Part shown: positions 37,017 to 51,247 of the stretch, one piece after another
Position numbering within the stretch: the first letter of the stretch is position 1
Layout of the letters: each line of letters opens with the position of its first letter
Assembly: GCF_009834535.1 (NCBI RefSeq)
Contig: NC_045696.1
Span: 37,636,001 to 37,700,000 of the forward strand
Source of the DNA: Camelus ferus
Lineage: Eukaryota
Length of the DNA: 64,000 nt
Reading direction: 5' to 3'
The notes under the pieces: generated by a model
What the model was told of the DNA's origin: nothing
The model's database searches: none
Seen by the model: only the letters and a program-made list of their open reading frames with translations
Position numbers and translations under genes: made by a program

Positions 37017-37393
37017 TGTTACGGACTGAATGTTTACAGCTCTCCAAATTCGTATGTTGAAGCCCTAACTCCCAATGTAATAGTATAAGAAGGTGGGGCT
37101 TTGGGAGGTAATTAGGATTAGAGGAAGTCATGAGAGTAGAGTCCTCTTAAGGGGATTAGTGCCCTTATGAGGAGTGGAAGGAAAAATAGAGTCCTTCCTC
37201 TCTCTCCACCATGTGAAAATACAGCAATAAGGCAGCCACTTCCAAGCCAGGGAGAGGGTTCTCACCAGACTGGGAACTACTGACATCTTGATCTTGGATT
37301 TCTCAGACTCCAGAATGGTCAGACATAAATACCTGTTGTTTGAGCCACCCAGTCTACAGTATTTTGTTATAGCAGCCTGAGCTGACTAAAACA
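37017..37393 (+). mobile_element. Full-length MaLR solo LTR (MLT1A/MSTD-like)
   Basis: tgttacggactgaatgttt...ttttgttatagcagcctgagctgactaaaaca; 5-bp TSD ctaat/ataat with one mismatch. Confidence 0.9.
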
Positions 37394-38599
37394 ATAATCA
37401 AATGTTTAATTCTTACATTTTGAATTATTATAAAAATTTATAACCTATGTATGACATTATGATTTTTATCAACCTTTCATATGATATTACTATTGATGTC
37501 ATTCATTAATAACACCATTAATAAGTTATCTGTCTGGGAAGTTCTTTGGTGTCACATGCACACTGACATGGGGTAGCAAGAGAGAAATCAATTTTTCTCT
37601 GGTAATTGACATATAATATGACTCTACCAGCCAAAGAATATTTAGAAAACCTTACTCCCAGTCCCTACAAAGGAGAATATAGGGGTAGAAGATGACAGAG
37701 GATAAAAGACATAGAGGAATAAAGTCTACAGGTTAAAGGAATAGTCATTTTAATTAAGAAAGGAAACGCATTTTAGAATAACAGAAGAAAAATAAATTCT
37801 GTACATATCAGTTGCTAAATAGTCACTTATTTAATATTGTTATGAATAAGTATTTGAGCTAAACACAACATAATTTAGATTAAGAGCCTCCGATAATAAG
37901 TAAATGCCGTATTTCTGATGATTAGGGCAAGAATGAATCAGGCAACTGTAGTTAGGGATTATCACTAGCTTTCTATTGAGGGGAGCTGAGATTGTTATCA
38001 GAACTCAGTATATATTTATAATGGTATAAAATCTAATTTTTCAGTACATGAATGTTTTCAATCTTTTTCAAGAGTTCTTTTCGGGATATACACAAATCCC
38101 AAGATCAAAAGCCTTTTGAGTGATGGGTAAGTATATCCACTAGCCCAAGAGAGCCATGTATTCTGGTAAAGATCACAATACCCAGAATGGAGGAAAGTTG
38201 AAGAAACAGCCTTTACATATTTTATCAATGCAACTTATCTGGGTCTATGTATGCTACAGATTATGAAAGTGCTACCCAATTAGTTAAATACAATTGTGAA
38301 GAAAATACGTGTGTGTGTTTGACATGAAGAGAACACAGTGATCGGTCACCAGGGAGAAGGCTGGTGGTATTTTGGTCTATGTGATAGTTATATTTGCTGT
38401 TATAAGTACATTCAATGTAATCTGTTTTATACTAGAATCACTCATAAGTTTGATCTGTGCAAAGTTCCCCTCCAGTTTCCTTAGATCACAGCTCTAAAGG
38501 GAGCTGAAGAACATCAGAAACAAGTGTAGATCTTTAAATCGTGGGGGTATCTAGGGCTACATATTCTTTCCAGGGTTTAGCCAGAATCTGGTAGATGTC

Positions 38600-38705
38600 T
38601 ATTACATGTCATCTTAATATTCACCAAAGCTTAATATTCATCACATGAGATGGTATAGCTATTATTAATCCATTTTGAAATAAGGCAAAATAGTTGAAGA
38701 GATGC
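38600..38705 (-). mobile_element. MIR fragment
   Basis: ttaatattcatcacatgagatggtatagctattattaatccattttgaaataaggcaaaa. Confidence 0.5.
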
Positions 38706-38998
38706 TAATAAATATACAAATACTTTGAGTTAACAAAATACAGTTTTAAAGTATTTGAGAAAATTATAATAGTGTGATGAAAAATATTCACAAATAGCTA
38801 AATATATATAGTATGTAAGTATGTTTCATAATGAAAAATTACTTATGATAAGATGTGAAAAGGAGATGTAGAAAACACAGTGAAAAATACATAACTCTGT
38901 GTAAATGTAATACAACATTATTTAGGTTACTTAAACTTATCTGAATAATAAAAACATTTCCTCCACCTTCAAAATCAACCATAATCAAGAGTATTCTT

Positions 38999-39089
38999 CC
39001 TTCTTTTTTAATGGAGGTACTGGGGATTGAACCTGGGACCTCGTGTACGCTAAGTATGTGCTCTACCACTGAGCTATATTCATCTTCCC
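38999..39089 (-). mobile_element. tRNA-Ala(AGC)-derived SINE (camelid Vic-1 type)
   Basis: Reverse complement TATAGCTCAGTGGTAGAGCACATACTTAGCGTACACGAGGTCCCAGGTTCAATCCCCAGTACCTCCATTAAAAAA: Pol III A box, B box and A tail; 14-bp TSD tcaagagtattctt/tcaagaatagtctt (38985-38998, 39090-39103). Confidence 0.9.
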
Positions 39090-39984
39090 TCAAGAATAGT
39101 CTTTGAATAGACAAGAACATTAATTTTTATGCCAAAACATGCTCCTCCTTAGGCATTTTATTATCTCCACTTCTGCATGCAGAAGCCCTTGTAAAAGTGA
39201 ATTATGGTAACAATATGCAGAATGAAGTTTCACAATGGAGTTTTTCTCATAAAATATAAAGCAAGTATAGAGTGTTTTACTTAATTCTGAGTACTATGTT
39301 GCTAGGAAAGAGGATGGCAAATTTATTATTTGGCATTTTTACTGAAATGCTTAAAATGTAAGCATGTTTTCTGATCTTAATAGATAAAATCAAGTAAAAG
39401 CCTCAAAGTCTACCATTAAGAACACAAACAGAAAGCTGGACTAGTGTGGAGTGGCAGCCAGGCTTCTGAGTAGGTCTGTGGTGTAGTTGCCAGAACTCTA
39501 AAGCATCAAATACTCATCTTGTGTTTGATCCTTGCTACTGTGGTTTTTCCATTAGGGCTTTACAAAAATGTATTTCCTCTATTTTAAAAACATAAAAATA
39601 GGTAAACAAGAGATATTGTCTATATGCAAATAAATATATTTTCAGTTAAATTTTCAATTAAAATGAATTGATAAGAGTTCCCCACAATGAAACAAAAATA
39701 TATGTTTCATTAGCCAAGTGTTTACAACTATGAATCCTTCAAGAGCACAGAATATCCTTTTGCCACTGCTAAAAGTTTCATCTTTTTTTTCAGCAAAAAA
39801 AGTCTTCTTTAATAAATGACAATACATACAGCATGAGACACATGGTAATCCCCCTCTTTCTTACTCTAAAAATCCACTAATAGATCTTCACCTTAATTTT
39901 AAAAAATATGGAAATAATAGGAAAGTAAGGTGGAGGCACACATAGAAGGTTGGCTGATAACACCAACAGGTGAACATGTTCCCA

Positions 39985-41545
39985 CTCCCCACACTGGATA
40001 TTACATCCCCAGAACTTATTTACCTTAAACCTGGAGGTCTGTACATTTTTACCACCTTCACACATTTCACCCACACACCCCCTGCTCACTTCTGGCAACC
40101 ACCAATATGTTTTCTGTATCTATGAGTTTGGTTTTTTAGATTCTGCATACTGAGCGCATACAGTATTCGCCTTTCTCTGTCTGATTTTATTTCACTTTGC
40201 ATAAGTGCCCTCAGGGTCCATCCACGTTGTTGCAAATGGGAAAATTTCCTTCTTCTTATGGCTAAATCATATTTCATTGTATATATGCATACCTCATCTT
40301 CTTTATCTACTCATCCATCAATGGACACTTCGGTTGTTTCCATGTGTTGGCTATTGTGAATAATGTTCACTGAACACAGGGAGGCAGATCACTTTTCAAC
40401 ATTGTGATTTCATTTCCTTCAGAAATGAAATTGCTGGATCATATGGTAGTTCTATTTTTATGTTTTGGAGGAAGCTACATACTGCATTTCATAGTAGATG
40501 AACCAATTTACATACCCACCAGTAGTGCATAAGCATTCCCTTTTCCCCTTATTCTTGCCAACTCTTGGTATTTCTTGTCTTTTTGATGATAGCCATTCTA
40601 ACAGGTGTAAGATTATATTTCACTGTGGTTTTGATTTGCATTTTCTTGATTAGTGATGCTTAGTAACATTTCATGTGACCATTGGCCCTCTGTTTTTCTT
40701 TAAAAAAATGTCTATTCAGGTCCTCTACCCATTTTTCAATCTGATTGTTTGCTTTTTTGCTATTGAGTTATATGAGTTCTTTATATATTTTGGATATTAA
40801 TCCTTTATTAGATATATGATATATAAATCTTTCTCCCCTTCTGTAGGCTGTCTTTTCATTTTGTTGATGGTTTCCTTCATTGCACAGAAGTTTTTTAGTT
40901 TGAGGTAATCCCATTTGTTTTTTTTACTTTTGTTACCTTTGCACTTGGTGTCAAATCTAATAAAACTATTGCAAAGACCAGTGTCAAGGAGTTTACCTCT
41001 TATGCTTTCTTCCAGAAGTTTTATGGTTACAGGTCTATGTTCAAGTCTTTACCCCATTTTGAGTGATTTGTGTGTACAGTATAAGATAGTAGCCTAGTTT
41101 CATTCTTTGGTATGTAGCTGTCCAGTTTTCCCAACAGCATTTATTGAAGAGACTATCCTTTCCCCATCATATATTCTTTGCTTCTCTGTCATAATTTAGT
41201 TGATGTATGTGACTGGGTTTCTTTCTGGCCTTCTATTCTGTTCTATTGATCTGTGTGTCTGTTTTTTTTTTTATGCCAATATCATACTGTTTTGATTACT
41301 ATAGCTTCATAATATAGTTTGAAATCAGGAAATGTGGTGTCTCCAACTTTGTTCTTCTTTCTCAAAATTGCTTTGGCTATTTGAGATATTTTGCAGTTCC
41401 ACACAAATTTTAGAATTTTTTTCTATTTCTGTGAAAAATGCCATTGGAATTTTGATAGAAATTGTATTGAATCTGCAGATTTATTTTGGTAGTAAGAACA
41501 TTTTAACAATATTAATTTTTCCTATGCATGAGCATGGAAGCATCA
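39985..41545 (-). mobile_element. L1 (L1MA-like) ORF2 3' part and 3'UTR, ~1.55 kb
   Basis: ctctgtctgattttatttcacttt...ggtccatccacgttgttgcaaatgg...agccattctaacaggtgt...gtccagttttcccaacagcatttattgaagagact...gtattgaatctgcagat. Confidence 0.95.
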
Positions 41546-42809
41546 TCTTTTAAATTTTCCCACTCAGTTGGCACAACTTGCTATAATATAAAATTCACAA
41601 GTGGAAAGCCAAGGTACTACATGAAATGGATCTTTTCAGAATCCTGAATCTGGTTTTGGTGCAACCATAAAATTAGCTGAGATTTTAAAAAGGCCAAATG
41701 CTACAAACAAACAGACAAAAACACCAGGTCTATTTCACTGTCTGCACTTGAAATTAACATCATGGACATCACATAAAGACGAAACATTAACTCTATTTGC
41801 AGCCATTTGAGTTTAGACAATATTATAATATTTACTCCACAGCACAGAAAGTAACAATAACCTCCAAATTGTAATGGTTTGGGCAATTGATGGCAAAGCC
41901 CTTGAGTATTTGAAAAACTTACTTCTGGGTCACAGAAATGAACAATATTGCCTTGAAAATAGACCTAAGTGACTTTTAACAAAATAAGCAAAAACAGTAT
42001 AGTTTTAAAATTCTCTTCCTCTACATGGTGAATGAGAAAACTACCAGCTATAATGCTAGTTTTTTTGTACTAGTTTTTAGAGTTTAAACAATATGAATAT
42101 CTTTTTTAATTTACCCCTAAGCTTTCCAAGATAATCTCTTGAACTCCTGTCTCTTCTTATTGATTCCCTTATAGATGAAATGTATTAGTATTGTGTCCCC
42201 TTAGGAGCTTTTCAATATTTCAATACTTTTTGAATAAAATTGTTTTCAATAATTAGCCTATATTGACAACAATAATAGTATAATTAGATTAACATGGTGA
42301 CAGAGTTCTGAAGCTAAAAGTACTGGTTATGAATCATTCATTCAAATGAATTGTGCAGTTATTCAAAACAAATGACTGAAATAGTATTTGATATTATTTT
42401 TTAACCTCTTAAACCTATCATTCAGAATGTGTTGGTTATGTTTCAACACATGGTTCAAAATGACCATTTGAGTTATATATGTGTGTGATATTTCTTTTGT
42501 TTCTCCATATGCATATTGAAATTGTTATAATTCAGTAACACATAATCTGGTTTTCAGGGTGTTTTAGTAGACGTCCACAATGTACATGAATATTATAAAG
42601 TATCAAAGTAAGTTTTATAATATAGATAAACATCAATTTACTTGGGGCCTGGATATATGTGCTTCATTTTAGAAATCAGAGCCACTATTGTTCAGTCCCC
42701 ATAAAGGAAACATTTGGTAATTTGGTCATGGAATAATCACATAAGAGTCAGCAATAACCAGCTATATATAAAAGGCTCTCCAATGCTGTAAAACATATCT
42801 GTAGTCAGT

Positions 42810-42950
42810 GGATAGAAGGTGATTTCTTATTTTCCTTGTCAATGTCTAATCTTGAGAAACTGACTTAAGTTCTTTAGGTCTCAGGTTTATTATTTTAAAA
42901 ATGAAAGAGTATGATTACATTATTCTATGCTCCCCTCTAGGTTTAAAAAT
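42810..42950 (+). mobile_element. MIR fragment
   Basis: aatcttgagaaactgacttaagttctttaggtctcaggtttattattttaaaaatgaaagag. Confidence 0.6.
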
Positions 42951-44984
42951 TAAACATAAATATAAAAATAGAAGTTATGGTATGAATACATATGTATATA
43001 TATTCTAGTAATATTGTGAAAAGAGTAAAATTCATTTTCAAAGTGAAAAATATCCAGCTAAATACTATCTACAGATTTAACTCAGGAAAGAGTATTCTAG
43101 AGTAACTATCTTTACACTATAAATAGATTATTTTAAAAACAGGATCCAAGTTTATATTATTTTTGGACCACAATATTTGTCAGACAAGATATTAGAAGTG
43201 CTGGTCATTGGTCCACTAAAATTTTTCCCATAGAAGAATTATTTCTTCTGCCTGACTATCTGGCTTCATGATCCATCAGCATAGTTACAACAATGTCCTA
43301 AAGAGCTAACATCAATCACTTCTCCTTATAAATGCTTTGTGGCCTTTAATAAGGCCAACCTGCTTTTGTTGGGCCATCCAAGTTCTCCCCTACCTTGCCT
43401 AATTACCTACATTGTGAAAAATAAGACAGCAGCATATGATGAAGCAACTAAGCAAATAACAAAGAAATTGGTGTAGTGTTTAAAATCTCTTTAAATGTTT
43501 TATTAGTATAAGTTTTAAAAAGCTTATTACATGGTATTTTAAAAGCAAATTGCAAAACTTGTCCAATTTCTATTCACTTGCAAAAGCCAAATGATAGTTC
43601 CTAGTATCAGAGCATACATACAATAGGCAAGTAAGAAGCAATAATTACTAACATTTACTCTTTATAATAATAATATACATAATAATAATAGAGAGCAAGC
43701 AGATGTCTAGAACATGAAGTAACAATAGAAAATAAAGAATATATTTTCAATTAAAAATGAGTAGTACACCTTTTATGTAGATTTGTAAATATTCTCTGTA
43801 TAATCAGTTTTTTTCTCAGTATAGTACGTGTACAAAACTCATACAAAGAGAAAGCTACATATTAAAATGTTTTAATGTAATGAATGAGTTAATTAAAAAA
43901 TCAAATTTCATTTGAGAAAATATATTCAGTAACCTAATACCATATAGTTTATTTGATTCAAAAGTGCTTTTTTTTAAATGTGCATCGTTGACTCTCAGTC
44001 TCTGTCTATAACACAAATATTCAGCACTTAACTGGTTGATACTAATTAAGACAGGTAAAGCCCAATTTGAAATCTCCATATGTATTTAATCTGTAATAAG
44101 ATTTAATAAACCTGGGAATATTATATTTTCAAAGGCAATCACTGGAATTTGGTGGGTATGGATATTAACATGAACTGTAATAGACTCAACAAATTTACAT
44201 GAGAGAAAATATACCACTTCATTTAATAATTATATATTAGAAAAAAATTGAACAAATCACATTTTAGAGCCATTATCACTTTTGATTGAAAGAAGAATGA
44301 TTTGCTAATTAAAGAAAAAATTAGATGTCTTATTTACAAAAGCTAGTATGAGTTAGTATAGCAAATCAAAATTTTCCTCATGGAATAAAAACTGTGTCTT
44401 TGCCTGGTCTAGCCAATAAGAGCTTGAAAAGAGACTCAGCAATGCCAATGAGTCCTTCCAGTGGGGGTGTATCCCAGGAGCCTTGTGCCTCCAGTTTTGT
44501 TTCACTTTCCTTATTTTCTGTTCTGTAAGCAAATACCCCTTTCAGCTATCTTTGTGAGTGGGGGGTTCCAATGAAAGCCACAGCTGCCAAGAAAATAAAA
44601 TAGTTTACTTCAGTTGACAGAAAAATGGAGAAAGGTAATAAAATTTTTATAATTTAACATATTTTTCTTTTATTTCCTCATTGCAGTTTCCCTTGAGTAA
44701 ATATATATCAAGTTGCTGGAGTGAGGGCAGGGAGAACAATTTTGGTCTTCAGATCTATTGCCTCTTCTTCTTGAATGATTATACCGTTTGATGCTTTTCA
44801 TGCTATTACCCAGGTTGGCTTGTCTCTCTGTGCCCACCAGTGTCCCTATTACAGCTTGAAACTTGAGAGAAAAACATTGTTGAGAAGACATAAGGTCTTA
44901 GGTCTTAATTCTCTTTTCTGCTAGACTTTTGACTCTATTAAGGGGAATAAGAAACATGAGATCTTAACTCAGGTTGACTTCTCA

Positions 44985-45085
44985 TTGGAATTCACTGTAG
45001 AATTTCTGACTTAACTGATCTGGGATGGGGCCGACATATCATTAGTTTTTCAGCTCCCCAGAGCAATTGCGTCAAAGCCTACCAT
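44985..45085. mobile_element. MER5-like hAT fragment
   Basis: aatttctgacttaactgatctgggatggggccgacatatc...ttttcagctccccagag. Confidence 0.6.
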
Positions 45086-45324
45086 TGCTGTAACTAAATA
45101 CAATGTGGTGTTACCTTGAACCGGTGATATTTCTCAGTCATCTGGTGAGCACCAGATTATCCCATCTTGTTGCAATCTTTACAATATCACAGGAAAAGTG
45201 ACTGAGTGATCACAGCAGTCTAATTGTTGACAAATTCACTGGAAACCAATTAAATGTTGCAGACATCAACTTGATGCCAAGGCTGGCTCTGGCATTCTTC
45301 TTCTTTCTTAATTTTGTCTGTACA

Positions 45325-45465
45325 CAGCAGCATTAGCACAATTTAGGAGTTTGTTAGAAATGCAGAATCTTAGGCACCAATCTGGCCCTGCTAAAACAAA
45401 ATCTGCATTTTTAAGAAGACCCCCAAGTAATTCATATGCACATTAAAGCTTGAGAGGCACTGCTC
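45325..45465. mobile_element. MER5A-like hAT-Charlie DNA transposon
   Basis: gcagcattagcac...gtttgttagaaatgcagaatctt...aatctgcatttttaagaagacccccaagtaattcatatgcacattaaagcttgagaggcactg. Confidence 0.85.
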
Positions 45466-46639
45466 TAGAGACTATCTCAACTGTGGTTGGAAAAATTAAT
45501 TATCTAAACCCACTAGGAGTTCATTGTCAGAGTCCACTGAACAGCATAAATGTATCATGTCAGGCTCCCCAAGTTTACAGTTGTATCTGGACCATATAAA
45601 TACATCTTTATTCTAAAGGGAGTCATTCATAGGATCCACTTTCTCATTTTCATGCCTGATCAGCTTCACCAAGAGAGAATCTACTGGTGATGTTTATGGC
45701 TGTTCGCGCCATCAAGTCTTTAAATTGGTCCTCCATGAATTTGATCCTGGCTCTTCCTGACATTCTAAGCCTTACTCCTTTTGCAATGGGCTTTTGGGAT
45801 ATGTCTTCCAGTATGGACATATATGTAAAACACTTTTCACCTTCACACTGAGGTATATTGATGAATTTCAACATAGAAATAACAGTGGAAATCTGCTTTG
45901 TCATAAGCTCCTTCTAGGGCAGCATAGCAGTTTGATGCACAAATGGAAACTTTCTGTTGTTTAAATTCTATATACTCCCTACAGTTTGATTATTATATGC
46001 TGGCTTAGAAGCTAGCATTTCTCTGTCTCTAAAAATACCAATTTCTGTACTGTTTCAGTAATATGCTCTAATTTCTTATTATTTTTTCAAGTTTCTAGCC
46101 TCTACAAACAGATCTGAAGTTTATCTGACCATCAATCCTACAGCAACATTGATGTCCCCCAAAGTAACCCATCTCTGCTGGAGTGAGAGGACATTCATTG
46201 TATTCTGTATTCCAAGCATATCTGATCTTAATTTTCATTTTTTCTTCAGAGATTTAATGTTTTAGGAAATTAGATTTCTGTATAGGATTGTTTAAAAATA
46301 AGATCCAGCTGGTAGTTTTGCAAGGAAGTGGTTAACCTCATACAAGTTTGATTCTTTTCCTAGTTGTTCTAGTTGTAAATGTAGGATTCTCTCAATATAT
46401 TTAATTCAAAAGTTAAGAAAATTTAAAAAATTTTACTGCTACACAATTTTGTTCAGAAAAAACTGTTCCCATAGTAAATGAAAAACTTATACATATGATA
46501 TTATGAGTCAATTTACCAGAAATAAGTTGGGGGATAAAGAACAAAGGGATTACATTTATTGGTCAGTTTTCCTGTAATACAAAAACCCCTAAATCCTCCT
46601 GGGTGATATGTATTAAAGTCTCAATTGTACCTTTTGTCA

Positions 46640-46835
46640 ATCTTAAAAGAGATATTATTATTCCCATTTTACAAATAAGAAATAAGTTTCAGGTTTAATT
46701 TTCACTGGTACAGAGCATTTCAGTCATCCATGTTTGTCTAGTACTAAAGGAAAGCCCTTTTTTATGTTCCTTTCATTGACTCATTCATGCAACAGATGTT
46801 TGAATGATTGCTACATGCCAGTCACAGGATTAGCT
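46640..46835 (-). mobile_element. MIR fragment followed by an L2 tail
   Basis: attattattcccattttacaaataagaaataag (MIR core) and ctcattcatgcaacagatgtttgaatgattgctacatgccag (L2 tail). Confidence 0.6.
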
Positions 46836-47614
46836 AGGTAGGTGGTTCATTTTCTAGAGGATTCCATCTAAAAAATAATATTTTTCTTTCAGTGCTTTCA
46901 TTTGTTATACTGTATATTTCTTTTAGATTTAAACCTTTTGAGAGTGAGGAAGAGGTGGCCAAATTTGTTCAGACTGGAGGAGGTATTTTGGATATGCTTG
47001 AAGAAATTACCTATTACCATTAGAATACTCACAAATATTATTTGTGAATGTAGTAGAAGGACCTTTACTTTTCAGATAAAATAATTTTTATTAGAATTTT
47101 ATATTATATGGTGATGTTTTTAAGGCAAAATGCTGACATAAAGACACTTTTCAATTACTCAAATTCTATTCCCACTAAGATATTTTACAGTAAAAGTATT
47201 ATTTAAAATTGACAATATAATCAAATGACACATCATATTCAGAATATGGGCTCACTTAATATTTCACTTGAATTAGTTCAAGTTTAGGATATTAATCATA
47301 ATAGTTTAGGAATGTTTCAATTGATCTTGATTCACTTTATGAAAACAGGAAAAATATGTTTCCAATATACTCCTTTTCTTATTGAGCATTGAAGAATAGT
47401 CTGGAGGAAAATTGGTTCCAAATCTATTCTGATCACTTTACTACTTAGTAGTAATTCTTTCTATCTTTTGAGGGTAGGAATATTCAACTTTCAGCCATAT
47501 TTATATACAAGTATAGAAATACAGTTACTCAAAGTCATTCTCCATCAAATCAATATAAAATATCAGCAAAATTACATCTAATTCTAGAATGACTTAGCAA
47601 ATCAAAATACATTT

Positions 47615-47715
47615 TATATATAATATGCATATGTGCATACATACACATATATGCATACTATATACATGCATGCATATGCATATATATATGCATAAATACA
47701 CAAATGCATATGTCA
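47615..47715. repeat. (TA)/(CA)/(TGCA) low-complexity repeat
   Basis: atgcatatgtgcatacatacacatatatgcatac... Confidence 0.8.
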
Positions 47716-48289
47716 AATTATAACATGAGAAACATGATTTTATTAATAAAAGTAATACTATTTAGAGTATGAAGTGAATTTCTAAGTACATTAGACATGA
47801 CTTTGAAAACAGAAATGATTATGTCCATTTGTTTGATATTATAAGCATAAAGTATATTCCTCATAAGATTGTAAACATCTCGAAGAAGTTCATGTTCTCT
47901 CATGTTTGCATAATGTGTAGCATACAGAAAGTGCTCAAGAAACAAGCACTTTCATGAAGTAATGATTCTTTTTACAGGCGAGTGATTACTGAATGATTAT
48001 CTATAAGTACAATCCTTGGGCTTCTTCAAATCCAGTACCCACCTCTCCTCCCTTTTTCAATACATGTCAATAGGTTACATTCAGATTATTTCAGCTGTGT
48101 ATGACATTTTTAAAAAGCAAACAAACAAAAAATAAAATATACCAAAAAATTTTCTTTGGTAATGATTCCAAAAGCATGTTCAGGAACTCTTCATTATCTC
48201 CTTCCCCAATTCCTTTTATCAATCATTCCAAATACTTATCAGTGTCCTTTAATACCTTTTCCTATTCCCTCCTCAACTGCAATGGATTA

Positions 48290-49230
48290 ATTTTACCCTC
48301 TACTTAAATGGGAAAAAATGAACACTATTAATGAAATTTCTGTTAGTTTTGTACTCCATTCTTTAGAATATACTCAATCTGTAATCATTTCACTTGCCTT
48401 CAGTATCAACTGATTAAAACAGGAGGCCCTCCTCCTGTCTGTTAATCCCTAGTTTTCATTTGGAGTCCGTGCCTTTCAACCTCTTTAGTGATCCTACTTC
48501 AGTTAGCCATCTATTCTCTTGCTTCTTCAATCTCTGTTGAAAGAGGAGTCTGGATGATTCTACCTTTCAAATTAGTTTGTGGCCTATGACTATAAAGCCA
48601 GTATCTTAGTTCTGAAATGTTTTGTTCCACACCTGATATACTGTATTTAAGGTCTCACTGGATCTTTATATCAAATCATCCTAGAACCTTCCCCTACCCT
48701 ACCCATGTCACTACACTTGGAACAAATGTTCTAAAATGTAATCAAGAACTCTAAACCTAATAAAACTATCTCCCTAGCTTCATAGTTCCTACACATAGCA
48801 TGCATTCCTGTTTTACAGACCTAGTCCCATAGCTATGATGGGACACACCACTGAATCTTACAAAAAGTATCTTGGTCTCATCACTCTCTATCCCTACAAC
48901 TCTCTTCCACACATCTCTAGTTGACTAACTGCAATCCATCCTTTGAATCCAGCTTCTATTCTTCAAATTTCCATCTATTCTTTAAATTCTGCCTTGATCC
49001 TACAATTCGACTTTGATGTCACCTCTCTTGATTCCCACAACACTGTGTCAATATCTCTACCCGAGCATTTATGAACTTTTATCTAACATACTGAACACAT
49101 TCCTGGCATCCCTTGCTACAGTCAGCCCCTAAAGGGCAGGGGGCTTTGTATTACAAATGTCTTGTAGAATCTGTGACTCATTTAAGTACCCCACAACTAT
49201 CGAATGACAAATAAATGAAATTTGTGAATG
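48290..49230 (+). mobile_element. L2 LINE fragments to the 3' tail
   Basis: aggaggccctcctcctgtct...ctagttgactaactgcaatccatcctttg...cagcccctaaagggcaggggg...gaatgacaaataaatgaa. Confidence 0.55.
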
Positions 49231-51247
49231 TGACAGTTCAATTACAGTTATTTTCCCCATAGTTAGTGCATAAATCTATAGGAGTCACCCTTTACCTAAA
49301 CAGAAGATGTGGTGGAGTTGTGGACCAGGATAACATGGTAGATGAGAAAGAAGAGTCAAGAAAACAAGAAAAGCACTCTGAACAAAGTGACTCAGTTCAT
49401 CTTCTCCTCCACCAGCATTTTTATCTTAACATCTAGTCCCTAAAAAATACATTCTAAGCGCAAGTTTTCTAAAAGATTGTGGGTAGGAATAACTCTTTAC
49501 AATCTCAGGTTTACTTCTCAATTTTAAGATTTGTTTAGTTAGAATAAATCTATATGTAAATTGGCTTCTGGTAAATTCTAACATGACAAAGTACCTAGAA
49601 TGTCACATTTCTTTTCTTTTCAGAGGAGGTGCTGAACTTGAATTAACACATTATTTTGATGTGCATTGTTTAAAACTGTCAAATGAGACCACATTTTGTC
49701 TTGCCTCATACCTCCTATCTCTCTTCTATGCTGAAGCCCCAGTGCATCTACCCAGGACAATGAAACTAGAAACACAGTATACATGACTCAGAAAGGAATT
49801 TTGTAACATAAATATTTTTCAACACCAGAATTGTCTTAATTTAGATTCTGCTGTGTACAGGAATTTCAGCTTTTTAATGATAGAATGTAAAAGAAATAAG
49901 AAATGTAATGCTAACATGACTATGTAGCTCTTGTTCTCATCTTGTAATGAAAGTCTTTTTGTTAGCTCAAAATTCTATTTATTCAAATAAATAATAAATC
50001 CCATTTCCACATTATTAAAACACATTTGTATTAGTCTAAAATGACCCTTTCAATACTGAGCTCATGCTCTCAAGTAAAATGGTAGCAATTGACAATCAAG
50101 CATTAAATAGACATTAGTGTAAAGGGCATAAATGACTGGCTAATAGATGCAAATTCAGATGTCACATAATTATTCGGTCTTATTTAACTAGCCACTATAA
50201 TGACTTATACTTTTAGTCAAAATGAATACAAAGAAAATAATGTCTGTGGTTTATATTCCTCTTGAGCTTGGAGATGTGACTTGCTTTTCTATTCAAGCAT
50301 TTTGCAAATGCTGAATAGAGCTCTAGATAGTTTCCATTATTTTTCAAATAATTTGAAAATAGCTGTTTCCAAAAACTGGATTTTTTTCTACTAGCAACTT
50401 TCTTCTGGGGAATTTTAATGAAAAAACTAATTATTATAGTCTCTAACATTTCCCTAATTCAATATAAGAACACTTTTATTACCCATTACAGCTATATTTA
50501 GGTCATGAAATAATGAAAGGGAAGTATTACTTATTGCTCAAATTACAAAAATAAAACACATTCACAAGTATCAATTACTCCTTTGAGATATAAATAATCT
50601 GTCACTTGTAATCTATGTAGATATCTTGCACACCTTGTGAATTAAAGGCTGACATAAGTCTATGTCATGAACGAGTGCTCAGTTTCACAAAATCTGTGTT
50701 AATATTAAAGAAACTAAGTTTTATTACATAAAACCCTCAGATTTTAAAAGAATTAAAGTTTACATCTGATGTGTGAAAGCACATAAACATGTCCCGTTTC
50801 CTTTTTTCCCCAAGTCTGTGTTTCCTAAATGGCCTCTTATTCTTAATATTCCGTAAGGTGTCAATGAAGATTGAGTCTGGAGTGGGACCACCACATACGT
50901 GATGCTGTGAGTGGCATCTCCTAGAATTATGCATTACACAATCTGTGTAGCCGTATGTGGCAGCTCTGGGCTGAAAACATGATTATATTCTATATTACCA
51001 TTTAGTAGGACCTCTACAATAGGGCAAAAGCTGGACATTCATATGTTTTAAAATTTTTATCATATATGCTAAAATTAGGGAAAACATATATGGCCTTAAA
51101 TATCCTAATTAGCCTTCAGAAAGATTTAAAAGGGAGATGATGATTCAGGGCATTTGTTAAGTGATATTTTAGACTGTGCTTCATTAAGAAGTCCTAGAAA
51201 ATTGCTCATAATTACCAAAACACAGACTTCAAAGCTTCCCCTTTTTG

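Larger units (their letters stand above)
44680..46200 (-). mobile_element. Possible very old LTR-retroelement (Gypsy/ERVL-like) internal gag-pol remnant, interrupted by MER5
   Basis: Minus-strand peptides in pol order: NKDVFIWSRYNC (~45612-45577), RLQQDGII (~45178-45155), QAVIGTLVGTER (44858-44823); similarity judged by eye only. Confidence 0.3.

Noticed and set aside
30161..38645. Small local duplications (agatttaactg x2 at ~30161; ttgataaatgtt x2 at 31015/31032; cttaatattca x2 at ~38613/38630)
   Set aside because: Ordinary slippage-type micro-duplications with no further structure
38999..39089. Functional tRNA-Ala gene
   Set aside because: A tail plus TSD and a disrupted acceptor stem indicate a retroposed SINE
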